Source of the DNA: an uncultured Gemmatimonadales bacterium
Lineage (GTDB): Bacteria > Gemmatimonadota > Gemmatimonadetes > Gemmatimonadales > Gemmatimonadaceae
DNA: 64,000 bases
NCBI GenBank assembly: GCA_963701965.1
Contig: OY969695.1
Location: 3,104,001 to 3,168,000 of the forward strand
Reading direction: 5' to 3'
Shown here: positions 50,440-59,876 of the stretch, piece by piece
Position numbering within the stretch: position 1 is the first letter of the stretch
Layout of the letters: every line of letters starts with the position of its first letter
Notes under the pieces: model-generated
The model's input: only the letters and a program-made list of their open reading frames with translations
Told to the model about the DNA's origin: nothing
The model's database searches: none
Translations under genes and position numbers: made by a program

Positions 50440-51337
50440 ACGGTCGTACGGCGGCTATCAAAGCCGCCGGTTGCTCCTCGATGATCCAGTGTCCAGCATC
50501 GGGAATGACGGCGCTCTGGACACTCGTGAACGCTTCGCTCGCCACCACCGGCATCACCGTGCCATAGGAATGGTCGCCGCCGATCGCCAACACCGGCATC
50601 GGGAGCTTCCCCTTGGCGGCCAGCGCAGCCCGGTTGTCCTCCGCATCGTGCGGGAACGCCTTGAAGTTCTCGAAAGCATCATGCATGGCATTCGGCCGCG
50701 CGTAGATCGCCGCATAGTGCTGGCGGATGCCCTCGTTGATGCCGGAAGGGTTCGCCGACAGCTCGTTATAGAACCGATCGAGATAGATGCGCTCCCGGCC
50801 GGCGACCAGGCGCTCCTCGTCCTTTCCATAGAAGTAGAAGTGCCACGCCTTGACCGCGTGCGCGTACTCGTCCCACTTCCCGACGCCGGGAAGCGGCGCG
50901 TCGATGAGCACGAGTCGTGACATGCGCGGCGTGTGCCAGAGCGCGAACGCAAACGCGACCATGTTGCCAATATCATGCGCCACGAATTCGGCGCGATCGA
51001 CCTTGAGGGAGTCGAGCACACCGGCGATGTCCTGCGCCTGGTTCTTCTTGTCATACCCGCTCGCCGGATGGGACGAGAGGCCGAACCCGCGGAGATCGGG
51101 GACGATCACCATATGATCGCGCGCCAGATCGACGGCGAGGGGCTCCCACATGTCCCCGGTGTCACCAAACCCGTGCAACAGCACGACGGCCGGACCTTTC
51201 CCGCCATACCGGACATGAAGGACGGCGCCATTCGTGGCGATATCGCGAACACGAAACGACGTCGGAAACGGCGTGACTTGCGCGCGCGCCGCCGAGGCGG
51301 CGATCGCGACGACCGGGAGCCAACGGAGAAGAGACAT
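50426..51337 (-). CDS. Alpha/beta hydrolase (epoxide hydrolase/dehalogenase-like), secreted
   Basis: LLHGFG, PDLRGFG.S, AHDIG (Asp nucleophile), AGHWIIEEQP. Confidence 0.9.
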   Translation of the reverse strand: MSLLRWLPVVAIAASAARAQVTPFPTSFRVRDIATNGAVLHVRYGGKGPAVVLLHGFGDTGDMWEPLAVDLARDHMVIVPDLRGFGLSSHPASGYDKKNQAQDIAGVLDSLKVDRAEFVAHDIGNMVAFAFALWHTPRMSRLVLIDAPLPGVGKWDEYAHAVKAWHFYFYGKDEERLVAGRERIYLDRFYNELSANPSGINEGIRQHYAAIYARPNAMHDAFENFKAFPHDAEDNRAALAAKGKLPMPVLAIGGDHSYGTVMPVVASEAFTSVQSAVIPDAGHWIIEEQPAALIAAVRPFIGS

Positions 51338-51354
51338 GCCGGTAACATAGCGAA

Positions 51355-51729
51355 CTATCGGCTCAGAGAATCAAGCACGGCCAGGAGACGTTTCCACGGC
51401 GTGGCGGCGACGTGCATGCCCATGAACGTCTCGGGTTCGATCTGTTCGCGCTGGACGGCGGCCACGGCTTCCATCGCGGTCGCGGGGAATGAGAGGCCGG
51501 TGGGATAGAGCTGGATGGCCTCGGCGGTGTAGACGAGGCGCCGGCCGGGGAGGTAGACCATGAGCATCCGATCCAGCTGATCGGTGTGCAGGGGCATGAG
51601 GTCAATGCGGTTGTCGCCCGTGCCGATCGACACGTGAGCCTTCACGGAATGGATGATCGGCGCGCGCGGTGCGCGAGCCAGGCTATCGCGCACCATTGTG
51701 TGCGGTGCGCGCAGGCGGTCTTGCAACAC
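51355..51729 (-). pseudogene. MBL-fold hydrolase C-terminal fragment
   Basis: RMLMVYLPGRRLVYTAE...FMGMH; no N-terminus. Confidence 0.45.
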
Positions 51730-51749
51730 GCGGACGTTGCGATCTAGGA

Positions 51750-52214
51750 TATGATGCGCGGTTCGCCGAGTCGTTGGCGAAGGCCAAGGCCGCCGTGCGC
51801 GGTCGAGCGAGTGGCGCGGGTACCGACTGGCCGACCCGATTGCTGGCCAATGCGGAGCACCGCCCGCCTGCCACGCCCAAGGTGGCCCGACTTCTGGTCA
51901 AGAGTGGCGGCCGTGTGCTCTTTGTCCGGGTCGACGACATCGATTGGATCGAGGCGGCCGACTATTACGTCAAGCTTCACGTGGGCAGCACGACCCACAT
52001 GTTGCGCGAATCCATGTCCGCGCTCGAATCCACCCTCGACCCGGCCATCTTCTTCCGCATCCATCGCTCGGCGATCGTCAACCTCGATCGGATCCAGGAG
52101 TTGCGGGACTACTCGCGGCGCGAGGATATCCTCGTGCTCCGCGATGGGACCCGATTGCGCCTGACCCGCGGCCGGCGTGCCAAGCTGACCGAACGCTTGG
52201 GGTACAGGCGGTAG
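51750..52214 (+). pseudogene. LytTR response regulator C-terminal fragment
   Basis: IDWIEAADYYVKLH...FFRIHRSAIVNL; receiver domain missing. Confidence 0.8.
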
Positions 52215-52272
52215 ACCAGCGCAGTTGAGGGTTGATTCGTATACTTTGGCCCTACCCTAGCGGAGGCCTCTC

Positions 52273-52632
52273 GTGGCGACAGCCGGATCCGAGTATACCG
52301 TCGATTTCCTCCCGTCCGTTGGCCCCAGCCTCACGGGCGTGTCGTTGGTGAGCGTCGCGATGCCTCCGTCGCCGTCGATACGATCCATGTCCATTACGAG
52401 GAAGGTCGACGCTGCCTCTCCAAAACTTTTCCAAATGTGCGTGGCCGGTGTGCACATCAAGCAGGCCACCATTACTTGCCGGAAGGCCGGCAAAGGGCAG
52501 CAAGAGTACATGATCGTGAAGCTGAACGACGTCGTGGTGACCAACGTTTCGCACAGCTCGACCGGAACGGATACGATCACGTTGAGCTTTTCCCAGATGA
52601 CGTCGAACGCCCCGCTGTCCGCGGCACTCTAG
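52273..52632 (+). CDS. hcp: Orphan short Hcp (T6SS tube)-like protein
   Basis: SITRKVDAASPKLFQMCVAGVHIKQATITCRKAGKGQQEYMIVKLNDVVVTNVS...ITLSF matches the Hcp core; GGAGG RBS before GTG. Confidence 0.75.
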   Translation: MATAGSEYTVDFLPSVGPSLTGVSLVSVAMPPSPSIRSMSITRKVDAASPKLFQMCVAGVHIKQATITCRKAGKGQQEYMIVKLNDVVVTNVSHSSTGTDTITLSFSQMTSNAPLSAAL

Positions 52633-52663
52633 ACGGCCAGCGCGAGCATCGCGGTCCTTGTCA

Positions 52664-53056
52664 ATGACGCTCGAGTGCATCAATTCCGCCGATCTGCCGA
52701 CCCCCACCACGTATACGCAGGTCGTCGTCGCGACGGGAAGCAAACTGGTATTCGTATCGGGTCAGGAGCCCGAAGACATACACGGCAAGCTCGTTGGCCC
52801 CGGAGATCTCGCGGCTCAGGCTCGCCAGGTATTTGGCAACCTCGGCCGTGCACTGGCTGCTGCCGGTGCCCGGCCTGATCAGGTCTGCACGATCACCATC
52901 TATGTCGTCAACTACGACCCTAGACCGATGCTTGGCGATTATCGAAGCAGCCCGGGTCGCGCTGTTCGGAGATCACAAGGCTGCCGACGTGGTGGTCGGC
53001 GTCGCAACGCTGTCCTCGGCTACCTGATCGAGGTCGACGCGATCGCCGTTGTTTGA
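52664..53056 (+). CDS. RidA-family protein (two compensating frameshifts near 52918 and 53010)
   Basis: YTQVVV..GSKLVFVSGQ, GDLAAQARQVFGNL, LIEVDAIAV. Confidence 0.8.
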   Translation: MTLECINSADLPTPTTYTQVVVATGSKLVFVSGQEPEDIHGKLVGPGDLAAQARQVFGNLGRALAAAGARPDQVCTITIYVVNYDPRPMLGDYRSSPGRAVRRSQGCRRGGRRRNAVLGYLIEVDAIAVV

Positions 53057-53060
53057 CCGT

Positions 53061-53363
53061 CTACTTCGGTAGCTTGGCGCCGACGATGTCCAGCCGCTCG
53101 ATCACCGGTGGTGTGGCAAGGAGATTGGGCGCTTGCGCCATCAGTGCTTTGGCGATCGGCCCGGTGAGGTGCTTGTCCCGGCCGCTCTCGTTCTCGAACG
53201 CGTCGAAGATCGCGAACGTGCTGGGCGAGAACTTGAGCGCGAACCACAGCGGGGTGGTGGTCTCCTGATTCGCGAGTTGCAGCCCTTGCTGCAGGAACGC
53301 GGCGAGTTCTGCTTCCTTTCCGGGTTTCGCCTCGAGGCGGACAAAGAGGCCGAGCGTGAGCAT
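53061..53363 (-). CDS. Antibiotic biosynthesis monooxygenase (ABM) family protein
   Basis: LFVRLEAKPGKE, WFAL...STFAIFDAF..ESGRDKHL.G.IAKAL. Confidence 0.85.
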   Translation of the reverse strand: MLTLGLFVRLEAKPGKEAELAAFLQQGLQLANQETTTPLWFALKFSPSTFAIFDAFENESGRDKHLTGPIAKALMAQAPNLLATPPVIERLDIVGAKLPK

Positions 53364-53456
53364 AGCGAGTCTCCAGCATCGTGAGGGTATATGGAGCTTA
53401 GCGCTGGCACCGCCGTCCGCCCAGAGGCAAGAACGTCACGTTGCGCATCGATCTTG

Positions 53457-54417
53457 TCAAACCGTCCGGCGAATCTCTCTGATGCCAGCGTTGAGCTGGC
53501 GGCGCAAAAGGGCGCGCAGCGTGGCGCCATCGGCGTACCCGACGCGCGTGGCGATCTGATCCACGCTCAGCGGCGTCGTCTTGAGCAGGTGGACCGCGCG
53601 CTCGACGCGCAGACTTTGGAAGTATGAGAGCGGCGTCTTGCCGAGCACGCGCTCGAGTCGCCGGGCGAGCGTCCGCTTGCTGGCGCCCACGGCCTGCGCG
53701 GCATCGCTCAGCGAGAAGCCGCGAGTGAGCCGGCCCCGCGCCCAGTCCTCGAAGCGCTGCACGACGGGGTCCTCGTGGACGAGGTGATCCGCCAGCGCGT
53801 ACGCCGACTGCGATGCCCGGGGGTCGACGATCAGGTACCGGGCGGTGAGCGCCGCCAACTGCGGGCTCACGCGCCGGACGAGCCACAGCGCCAGATCCAT
53901 GTGGCTCAACGCCGCCCCGGCCGTGACGCAGCGGCCCGATCGCACGATCATCTGCGATTCGTCGAGGATCACGTGTGGATACCGCTGGCGGAAGAGCGGC
54001 GACAACCACCACGTCGTGGTCGCGCGTTGATGGTCGAGCACCCCTGACTCCGCCATCACGAACGTGCCGATGCACGCCGCCGCGAGCGTCGGTCCGCTCT
54101 TCGCCCACTGCTTGAGCGCCGCCGCGGCGTCCTGCGTGTCCGGCCGCGCCAGCGCGCGCTCCAGCGGGCCGGGCATTCTTGAAGCCAATCGCGGGGACGA
54201 CCACACAGTCCGGTGCTCTCGCCGCGATCGGGTGTACGGGCACACGCCAGCCCTGCGCGGTGCGCACGGCCCGCCGCACGCCCACGACGCGCACCGCGAA
54301 TCGCGGCACCGACATTTCCGTCATCTCGATCAACTCATTGGCCGTCTGCAGTGCATCGAGCACCGCCGACAGTCCCAGGTCAAACACTCCGTCCAGAGCG
54401 AGCACGTCGACGCGCAT
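53457..54417 (-). CDS. GlxA-family regulator (DJ-1/PfpI + AraC), frameshift near 54177
   Basis: AAACIGTFVMAESGVLD..RATTTWW, TAGAA, AraC HTH SVDQIATRVGYAD. Confidence 0.85.
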
Positions 54418-54512
54418 GGCAAATCTCGACTCAAGATTGACGTTCTTGCCACTGGGGATACCCACCACCGCCGCCCAAGTTGCCTGAATCACCCGAAACG
54501 GTCAAGGAACCG

Positions 54513-55463
54513 ATGACAACCAACGACATCCAACCGGACATCCTGCAGTGCATCGGCAACACCAGCCTGGTGCCGCTGCGGCACATTCGCCCTGCGAACG
54601 GCGCGCGCGTGCTGCTCAAGCTGGAGTCGGAGAACCCGACCGGGAGCATGAAGGATCGCGTGGCGGTCGCCATGATCCAGGCCGCTGAGCGCGATGGCCG
54701 CCTCCCGCCGGGCGGCGCCGTCGTCGAATACACCGGTGGCACGACGGGGGTGTCGCTCTCGCTCGTCTGCGCGGTCAAGCGGTATCCACTCTTCATCGTG
54801 AGCTCCGATGCCTTCGCCCGCGAGAAGCTCGATCAGATGGCGTTGATGGGCGCGTCGGTCGACGTCATTCCCAGCGACCGCGGGCTCATCACGGAGCAGC
54901 TCATCAAAGCCATGATCGAGGGCGCGCGCGCGATCGTGGAGCGCACGGGTGGCTTCTGGACCGATCAACTGAATAACACGGACGGGATCTCGGGGTACCA
55001 CACCCTGGCGGACGAGATCTGGACGCAGACCAAAGGACGAGTCGACGCCTTTGTCCAGAGTGTCGGCACCGCCGCCTCGATCCGAGGCGTGGCCGAAGGC
55101 TTACGCCGGCATCGTGCCGACGTGCAGATTGTCGCCGTCGAGCCTGCGGAATCCCCGGTGCTCGCGGGCGGCAAGACCGGCGCGCACCGTATCGAGGGTA
55201 TCGGCGCCGGCTTCGTCGTGCCTCTGTGGCGCCCTGACATCGCCAACACGATGGATCGCGTGCCGACCGAAGACGCCAATGCGATGGCGTTTCGACTGGC
55301 GCGCGAGGAGGGTATTTTCGCCGGCACGTCCACCGGCGCCAACGTCGTCGCCGCGCTCCGCGCCGCGGAGCGACTCGGATCTGGTTCCACGGTCGTCACG
55401 CTCATGGTCGACACCGGCATGAAGTATCTCGAGACCTACGGAGGTCTCTTGCGATCAGCGTGA
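54513..55463 (+). CDS. cysK: PLP-dependent cysteine synthase family protein
   Basis: IGNTSLV, KLESENPTGSMKDR, HRIEGIG, LAREEGIFAGTSTGAN, DTGMKYL. Confidence 0.85.
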   Translation: MTTNDIQPDILQCIGNTSLVPLRHIRPANGARVLLKLESENPTGSMKDRVAVAMIQAAERDGRLPPGGAVVEYTGGTTGVSLSLVCAVKRYPLFIVSSDAFAREKLDQMALMGASVDVIPSDRGLITEQLIKAMIEGARAIVERTGGFWTDQLNNTDGISGYHTLADEIWTQTKGRVDAFVQSVGTAASIRGVAEGLRRHRADVQIVAVEPAESPVLAGGKTGAHRIEGIGAGFVVPLWRPDIANTMDRVPTEDANAMAFRLAREEGIFAGTSTGANVVAALRAAERLGSGSTVVTLMVDTGMKYLETYGGLLRSA

Positions 55464-55620
55464 CCGGTACGCGTGTCACAAGGGCTATGTCCACTCGACC
55501 GATCGCTTGATCTGGTGGTATCCTGCAGATCCGGATGATGGTCCAGAAGAACACGCCCTAAAGATTAGCTAACATGTTGTTACGGCTCGGCTTACGAATC
55601 ATAATAGCGGGCGAACATGC

Positions 55621-55666
55621 TTGACTCCCGTCGTGCATGATGGTATATACCATTTGGTATCTATCA
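55621..55666 (+). promoter_or_regulatory. vapBC promoter/operator
   Basis: TTGACT-N17-TATATA with perfect palindrome ATGGTATATACCAT (55640-55653) and an imperfect second copy. Confidence 0.65.
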
Positions 55667-55688
55667 GTACAACTGACATCGAGTCGAC

Positions 55689-56006
55689 ATGCCACGGTCA
55701 TCCCGAAAGGCACCACCCGCGCGCCGCCGCCGGCCGCCAACAACGGCCGACGCCGCGTCGGTCGTCGCTGAGGCCAGGCTCTTCATGAATGGCCGCAGCC
55801 AGGCGGTCCGGCTGCCGGCGGCATACCGGTTCACCGGGACGTCCGTGTACGTGAAGCGGTGGCGTGGGGCCGTGATTCTGCTGCCCAAGCGGAACCCGTG
55901 GGCAGCGCTGATCGACAGCCTTGGGGGATTTTCCGAGGACTTCTTGGCGGACCGCGCACAGCCGGCACCGCAAGAGCGGCCGGAGCTGGACGCGCTGTTC
56001 GACTAA
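55689..56006 (+). CDS. vapB: VapB/VagC antitoxin (AbrB fold)
   Basis: ARLFMNGRSQAVRLP..YRF...VILLPK..W...FSEDFLADR.QP..QER. Confidence 0.9.
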   Translation: MPRSSRKAPPARRRRPPTTADAASVVAEARLFMNGRSQAVRLPAAYRFTGTSVYVKRWRGAVILLPKRNPWAALIDSLGGFSEDFLADRAQPAPQERPELDALFD

Positions 56007-56018
56007 GGGCGCGCGGTC

Positions 56019-56432
56019 ATGCATATCCTCGACACAAGCACCTGCATCATGCTCATTCGCCGGCGAACCGAGGCGGCGGAGCGCGTGCTGCGACGGCTCA
56101 CGCGGCACGCGGTCACGGACGTTGCTGTCTCGGCACTCACCGTCGCGGAGTTGGAGCACGGGGTGGCGAAGAGCGCAGCGCCGGCGCAGAATCGGGCTCG
56201 ACTCGACCAGTTCCTTCTCCCGATCCAGATTCTACCGTTCGACAATGCGGCGGCCCTTGAGTATGGGGCCATCCGAGCCGATCTCGAACGGTGCGGGGTG
56301 GGGATCGGGCCGATCGACACGCTGTTGGCGGCGCAGGCCCGAAGCCTCGAGGCGGTGATGGTGACGGAGAACGCGGCCGAGTTTGAGCGGGTGCCGCGAC
56401 TCGTGGTCGAGGACTGGACGCGGATCCCCTAG
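56019..56432 (+). CDS. vapC: VapC PIN-domain toxin
   Basis: ILDTSTCI, SALTVAELEHG, IGPIDTLLAAQA, VTENAAEFERVP. Confidence 0.92.
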   Translation: MHILDTSTCIMLIRRRTEAAERVLRRLTRHAVTDVAVSALTVAELEHGVAKSAAPAQNRARLDQFLLPIQILPFDNAAALEYGAIRADLERCGVGIGPIDTLLAAQARSLEAVMVTENAAEFERVPRLVVEDWTRIP

Positions 56433-56452
56433 CGAGGCCTTCCAGGAGTGGG

Positions 56453-57031
56453 TCACCACGAACGCGGCGGAGTTTCGGTCGTAGCGGCGGTTCGGCGTGC
56501 CCGCCACTCTTCGGCGGTGATCTCCCAAATCTCGGCCGGCAGCCGACCGGACACGTAGTCGCGCTCCCCGGTGCCGACGAGCCGCATCCCCTGCTTTTCC
56601 GAAATGCGGCGCGACGCGACGTTCGCCACGGCCTTGGGCACACGAAGGACCGGAAACCCGAGGACGTCGAACCAGTAGTCGGTCGCGACCTCGCACGCCT
56701 CGGTCATGAGGCCCTGCCGCTGCCAGGGGAGCCCAAGCCAAAAACTGCGATTGTCATTGGTGCCGCGCATCAGCGCAATGCTACCAATGAGGGCCTCCGG
56801 CCGCTCCTTGAGCCGCAACGTCCAATGCCATTTTTCGCCGCGCTCCATCGCCGGCAACACCGTGTCCCGATAGAACTGGACCGCGCCGTCGCTCGGATAG
56901 GGCCACGGGACCACCCTGGTGAGATAGCGGACGATCTCCCACTGCGGAAAAAGCACCTGCGTCTGCTCGGCGTCCGCGAGTTGCAGCGGGCGAAGAATCA
57001 GCCGGGCCGTCTCCAGGGTGGGCAGGGTCAC
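56453..57031 (-). CDS. GNAT acetyltransferase (RimJ/RimL-like)
   Basis: LETARLILRPL, WQRQGLMTEA, NVASRRISEKQGM. Confidence 0.9.
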   Translation of the reverse strand: MTLPTLETARLILRPLQLADAEQTQVLFPQWEIVRYLTRVVPWPYPSDGAVQFYRDTVLPAMERGEKWHWTLRLKERPEALIGSIALMRGTNDNRSFWLGLPWQRQGLMTEACEVATDYWFDVLGFPVLRVPKAVANVASRRISEKQGMRLVGTGERDYVSGRLPAEIWEITAEEWRARRTAATTETPPRSW

Positions 57032-57332
57032 GGGTGGCTGAGATCATGACGCGTCGCGCCGCCGACCGGCGCGTGGCGCCCGGCCGTCGCCAGCGATACC
57101 ATCAGCTGAATACTCGGGGTCACGCGCGCGGCTCGCAGATTCGTCAAAATATACCACGCGCTCGGCGCGTAGCCGATCTGGCAGTACAACGTGCACCAGC
57201 GATCCATCACGGCCACGATCGCGTTGCTCGCCGGCGTCCACGGCGTACGACACACGTGATACGGGGTGGTGCCGGGAAACGGCGCCGCCCCCGCACTGGC
57301 ATCGCCCGACTAAACCGGAGTGCGGCTGGACG

Positions 57333-57695
57333 TCACCCGCCAATCGTTTCCTGGCTGGCCACCACCCGGCTGCCCGCTTCCGGCTGGTCGTAGAACTCCC
57401 AGCGCAGCATGTATGGCGGCCGATCGATCAACCATAGTCGGCTCGCCAGCCTGCGCGTCGTCGCGTCCCGATCGTCCACAACCCACACGTCGCGGTACTG
57501 CTTGCCGAACACCTCGATGTCCTCGCGGCGCTTCGTCTCATACAGATGCGTTTCCCCGGAGCCTTGTCCATCGGACCACAAGCGCGCGCGATAGACCACT
57601 CCCAGCCGTCGCGGCAGGAATTCCACCATGATGTCGGCGGTCGGCCTATGGAACGCCTGCGGGTCGTGCGGCGTGTCGGGTGACGATGTTTCCAC
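57333..57695 (-). CDS. Hypothetical protein fragment
   Basis: 120-aa ORF with plausible composition, starting at the repeat boundary (likely 5'-truncated). Confidence 0.4.
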   Translation of the reverse strand: METSSPDTPHDPQAFHRPTADIMVEFLPRRLGVVYRARLWSDGQGSGETHLYETKRREDIEVFGKQYRDVWVVDDRDATTRRLASRLWLIDRPPYMLRWEFYDQPEAGSRVVASQETIGG

Positions 57696-57832
57696 ACCAC
57701 CAAAATAAGGGCTCGCACTATTGCTCCACGCTCACGGGGACGATCATGTGGTACACCACGTACTGACGTTCCGTGGCCCGAATAGGAGCGTGCCCGGGCG
57801 CCGTCAGCATCAGCGAGCGTACGACGATCAAC
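57694..57832 (+). repeat. 139-bp direct repeat, copy 1 (duplicate of the 3' end of gene 60556-61308)
   Basis: 8 mismatches counted versus 60532-60670. Confidence 0.92.
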
Positions 57833-57860
57833 CCTCAAGGGGGCTTCAGTTTCCCGCCGC

Positions 57861-59345
57861 TCAAGCCAACCGTCGGCGGGTCGAGAGCACCGCCGCGAGC
57901 TGTCTCACCGCCAAGCGAATACGACTGACTTCGTATGAGCTGTATCCCAGTACAAGCCCGCCGCGTCGCAAGGGTCTGGTGCAGAACGTGGACAGCGGGA
58001 TCGCATCCATGCCGCGAAGCGCCGCCGCTCTCGCAACGCTTTGGTCGCTGACGCCAGGATTGAGCCAAGCGACCAGATACAAACCTGTCCCGCCCGGTGA
58101 CGTTTCCAGCATCCCTTCGGCTTGCGCGTCAATCGCGTCTACGAGTGCTTCTTGGCGCTCGTGATACGTGCGCTGTGTCGCTCTGACGAATCGCTCCAGG
58201 TGGCCCTCACGAATGAACTCGGCCAGGATGGCCTGCTCCACACCGGGCGGCTGTCGGCTCATCGCAAACCGGGCCCGTTGGAAGTTCTCGACGAGTGCCG
58301 GCGGAAGAATGAGGTATCCGATGCGCAATGAGGGAACGACACTCTTACTGAAGTTTCCGACGTATATCACTCGGTCGTCCTGATCGATGCTCCGCAGGCT
58401 TGCGACCGGGTTCCCTCCGTACCGATACTCGCACAAGTAGTCATCCTCGAGAATCCACGCATTCTTTGTCCTGGCCAGCTCCAACAGCTGGAAGCGGCGC
58501 GCCAGACTCATCATGGACCCGAGAGGACACTGAAATGATGGCGTGACAAAGACGAGCTTCGGTGAAGGTTCCAGGTTCCTTCCGGCGGAGACGACCAGCC
58601 CCTCGGCGTCGACCGGGACGGGGATCACGGTGAGTCGCGCACTGAGGAACGCCGCTCGCGCGCGAGGATATCCCGGTTCTTCCATCCACACCGACTCACC
58701 AGGATCGAGCAGCGTGTGAGCGCACAGATACAACGCTTGCTGGGCGCCGCAGACGACCAGCACCTGGTCGGGGTCGCAACGGATCGACCGGAGTCTGAGC
58801 ACGTAATCGCAAATGGCCTGTCGGAGCGGGCGATACCCCAGCGAGTCGCTGTGTTCAGGATCTCGGTTCGCCCGGCGCCAATGCTTGGCCGCGAGCCGGG
58901 ACCAGAGGTCGAGAGGAAACAGGCTCACGTCGGGCTGTCCCGGCCGAAGCGGCCGGGCAGCCGTTCGGAGGAAAGACAGGTCGGCAGCTGGAGGAAGACG
59001 CGACCGCTGTGAGACGATGGCCTTGGCGTGCGACGAACGGACGCGGGTTCCCTGGGCCTGCATTGCCAAATCACCGGGCACGTAGGCGGACACGCGGGTG
59101 CCTGAGCCCATCTTGCCTTCCAGATACCCTTCCGCGGTCAGCTGATCAAAAGCACTCAACACGGTCGTGCGAGAAACGCGAAGATCCCTGGCCAGGAGGC
59201 GAGTCGACGGCAGGCGAGCTCCGGGTCGCAGACGCCCCCCCAAAATGGCCTGCTTCACGACGACATAGAGCTGCCGGTGGAGCGACTCGTGACCAGAGAA
59301 GTTGATGTCGAGTTCGAGCATTGTCGCGCCGGGTTTCTTTGCCAT
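57861..59345 (-). CDS. MocR/GabR (GntR + PLP aminotransferase-like) regulator
   Basis: GARLPSTR.LA..L.VSRTTV..AFDQL.AEGYL, EEPGY, ILEDDY, GNFSK...SLRIGY. Confidence 0.93.
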   Translation of the reverse strand: MAKKPGATMLELDINFSGHESLHRQLYVVVKQAILGGRLRPGARLPSTRLLARDLRVSRTTVLSAFDQLTAEGYLEGKMGSGTRVSAYVPGDLAMQAQGTRVRSSHAKAIVSQRSRLPPAADLSFLRTAARPLRPGQPDVSLFPLDLWSRLAAKHWRRANRDPEHSDSLGYRPLRQAICDYVLRLRSIRCDPDQVLVVCGAQQALYLCAHTLLDPGESVWMEEPGYPRARAAFLSARLTVIPVPVDAEGLVVSAGRNLEPSPKLVFVTPSFQCPLGSMMSLARRFQLLELARTKNAWILEDDYLCEYRYGGNPVASLRSIDQDDRVIYVGNFSKSVVPSLRIGYLILPPALVENFQRARFAMSRQPPGVEQAILAEFIREGHLERFVRATQRTYHERQEALVDAIDAQAEGMLETSPGGTGLYLVAWLNPGVSDQSVARAAALRGMDAIPLSTFCTRPLRRGGLVLGYSSYEVSRIRLAVRQLAAVLSTRRRLA

Positions 59346-59358
59346 GGCTCATCTCCAA

Positions 59359-59404
59359 GTGGTATCTATGATGACCAAAATAATGGCTCTGGTGATGATA
59401 CCAC
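59359..59404. promoter_or_regulatory. MocR-type operator GTGGTATC...GATACCAC
   Basis: 8-bp inverted repeat in the divergent promoter. Confidence 0.55.
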
Positions 59405-59422
59405 CCTGGTTTATCATAGTGG

Positions 59423-59860
59423 ATGAGTATTCTCGATGCACGCATGCCCGGGGCGATGCGAACCAACACGGCGATCTTGTTGCTGAGGATCGCGTCGGGT
59501 TGGGCGTTCTTGTATCACGGTAGTGCCATTCTTCTCGGCGCATTCTCAGGACCGGGGCCGAAGGGCTTTGCGGCCTCCCACCACTGGCCGGTGGCTGTCG
59601 CCTACCTCGTTGGGTTGGCGCAAGTCACAGGGGCCGTAGCGATCCTGACCGGATTGCTGTTTCGGCTGGGCGCAGCATTCGTTTTCATTGTCATGGTTGG
59701 AGCGATTGTGCTCGTCCATCTCCCGCACGGTTTTGACGTCTCCAACAACGGCATTGAATACCCTCTCACGCAGTTGATGGTCGCGACCGCGTTCGTGCTG
59801 GCCGGGCCGGGCGCGTATTCGCTCGCGGGTTGGCTTCCGCCCTGGCTACAGAAATGCTGA
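59423..59860 (+). CDS. DoxX-family membrane protein
   Basis: LLLRIASG..FLYHG, VHLPHGF..SNNGIEYPL, GPGAYSL. Confidence 0.88.
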   Translation: MSILDARMPGAMRTNTAILLLRIASGWAFLYHGSAILLGAFSGPGPKGFAASHHWPVAVAYLVGLAQVTGAVAILTGLLFRLGAAFVFIVMVGAIVLVHLPHGFDVSNNGIEYPLTQLMVATAFVLAGPGAYSLAGWLPPWLQKC

Positions 59861-59876
59861 AACGCAAGGCGAGGGT

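Noticed and set aside
49933..52632. Complete type VI secretion system or phage tail locus
   Set aside because: No sheath, baseplate, VgrG, PAAR, ClpV or phage structural genes in the window
24900..57031. Integron cassette array (many short GNAT/VOC/RidA/DHFR genes)
   Set aside because: Genes are on mixed strands; I found no recurring attC-like structure and no IntI
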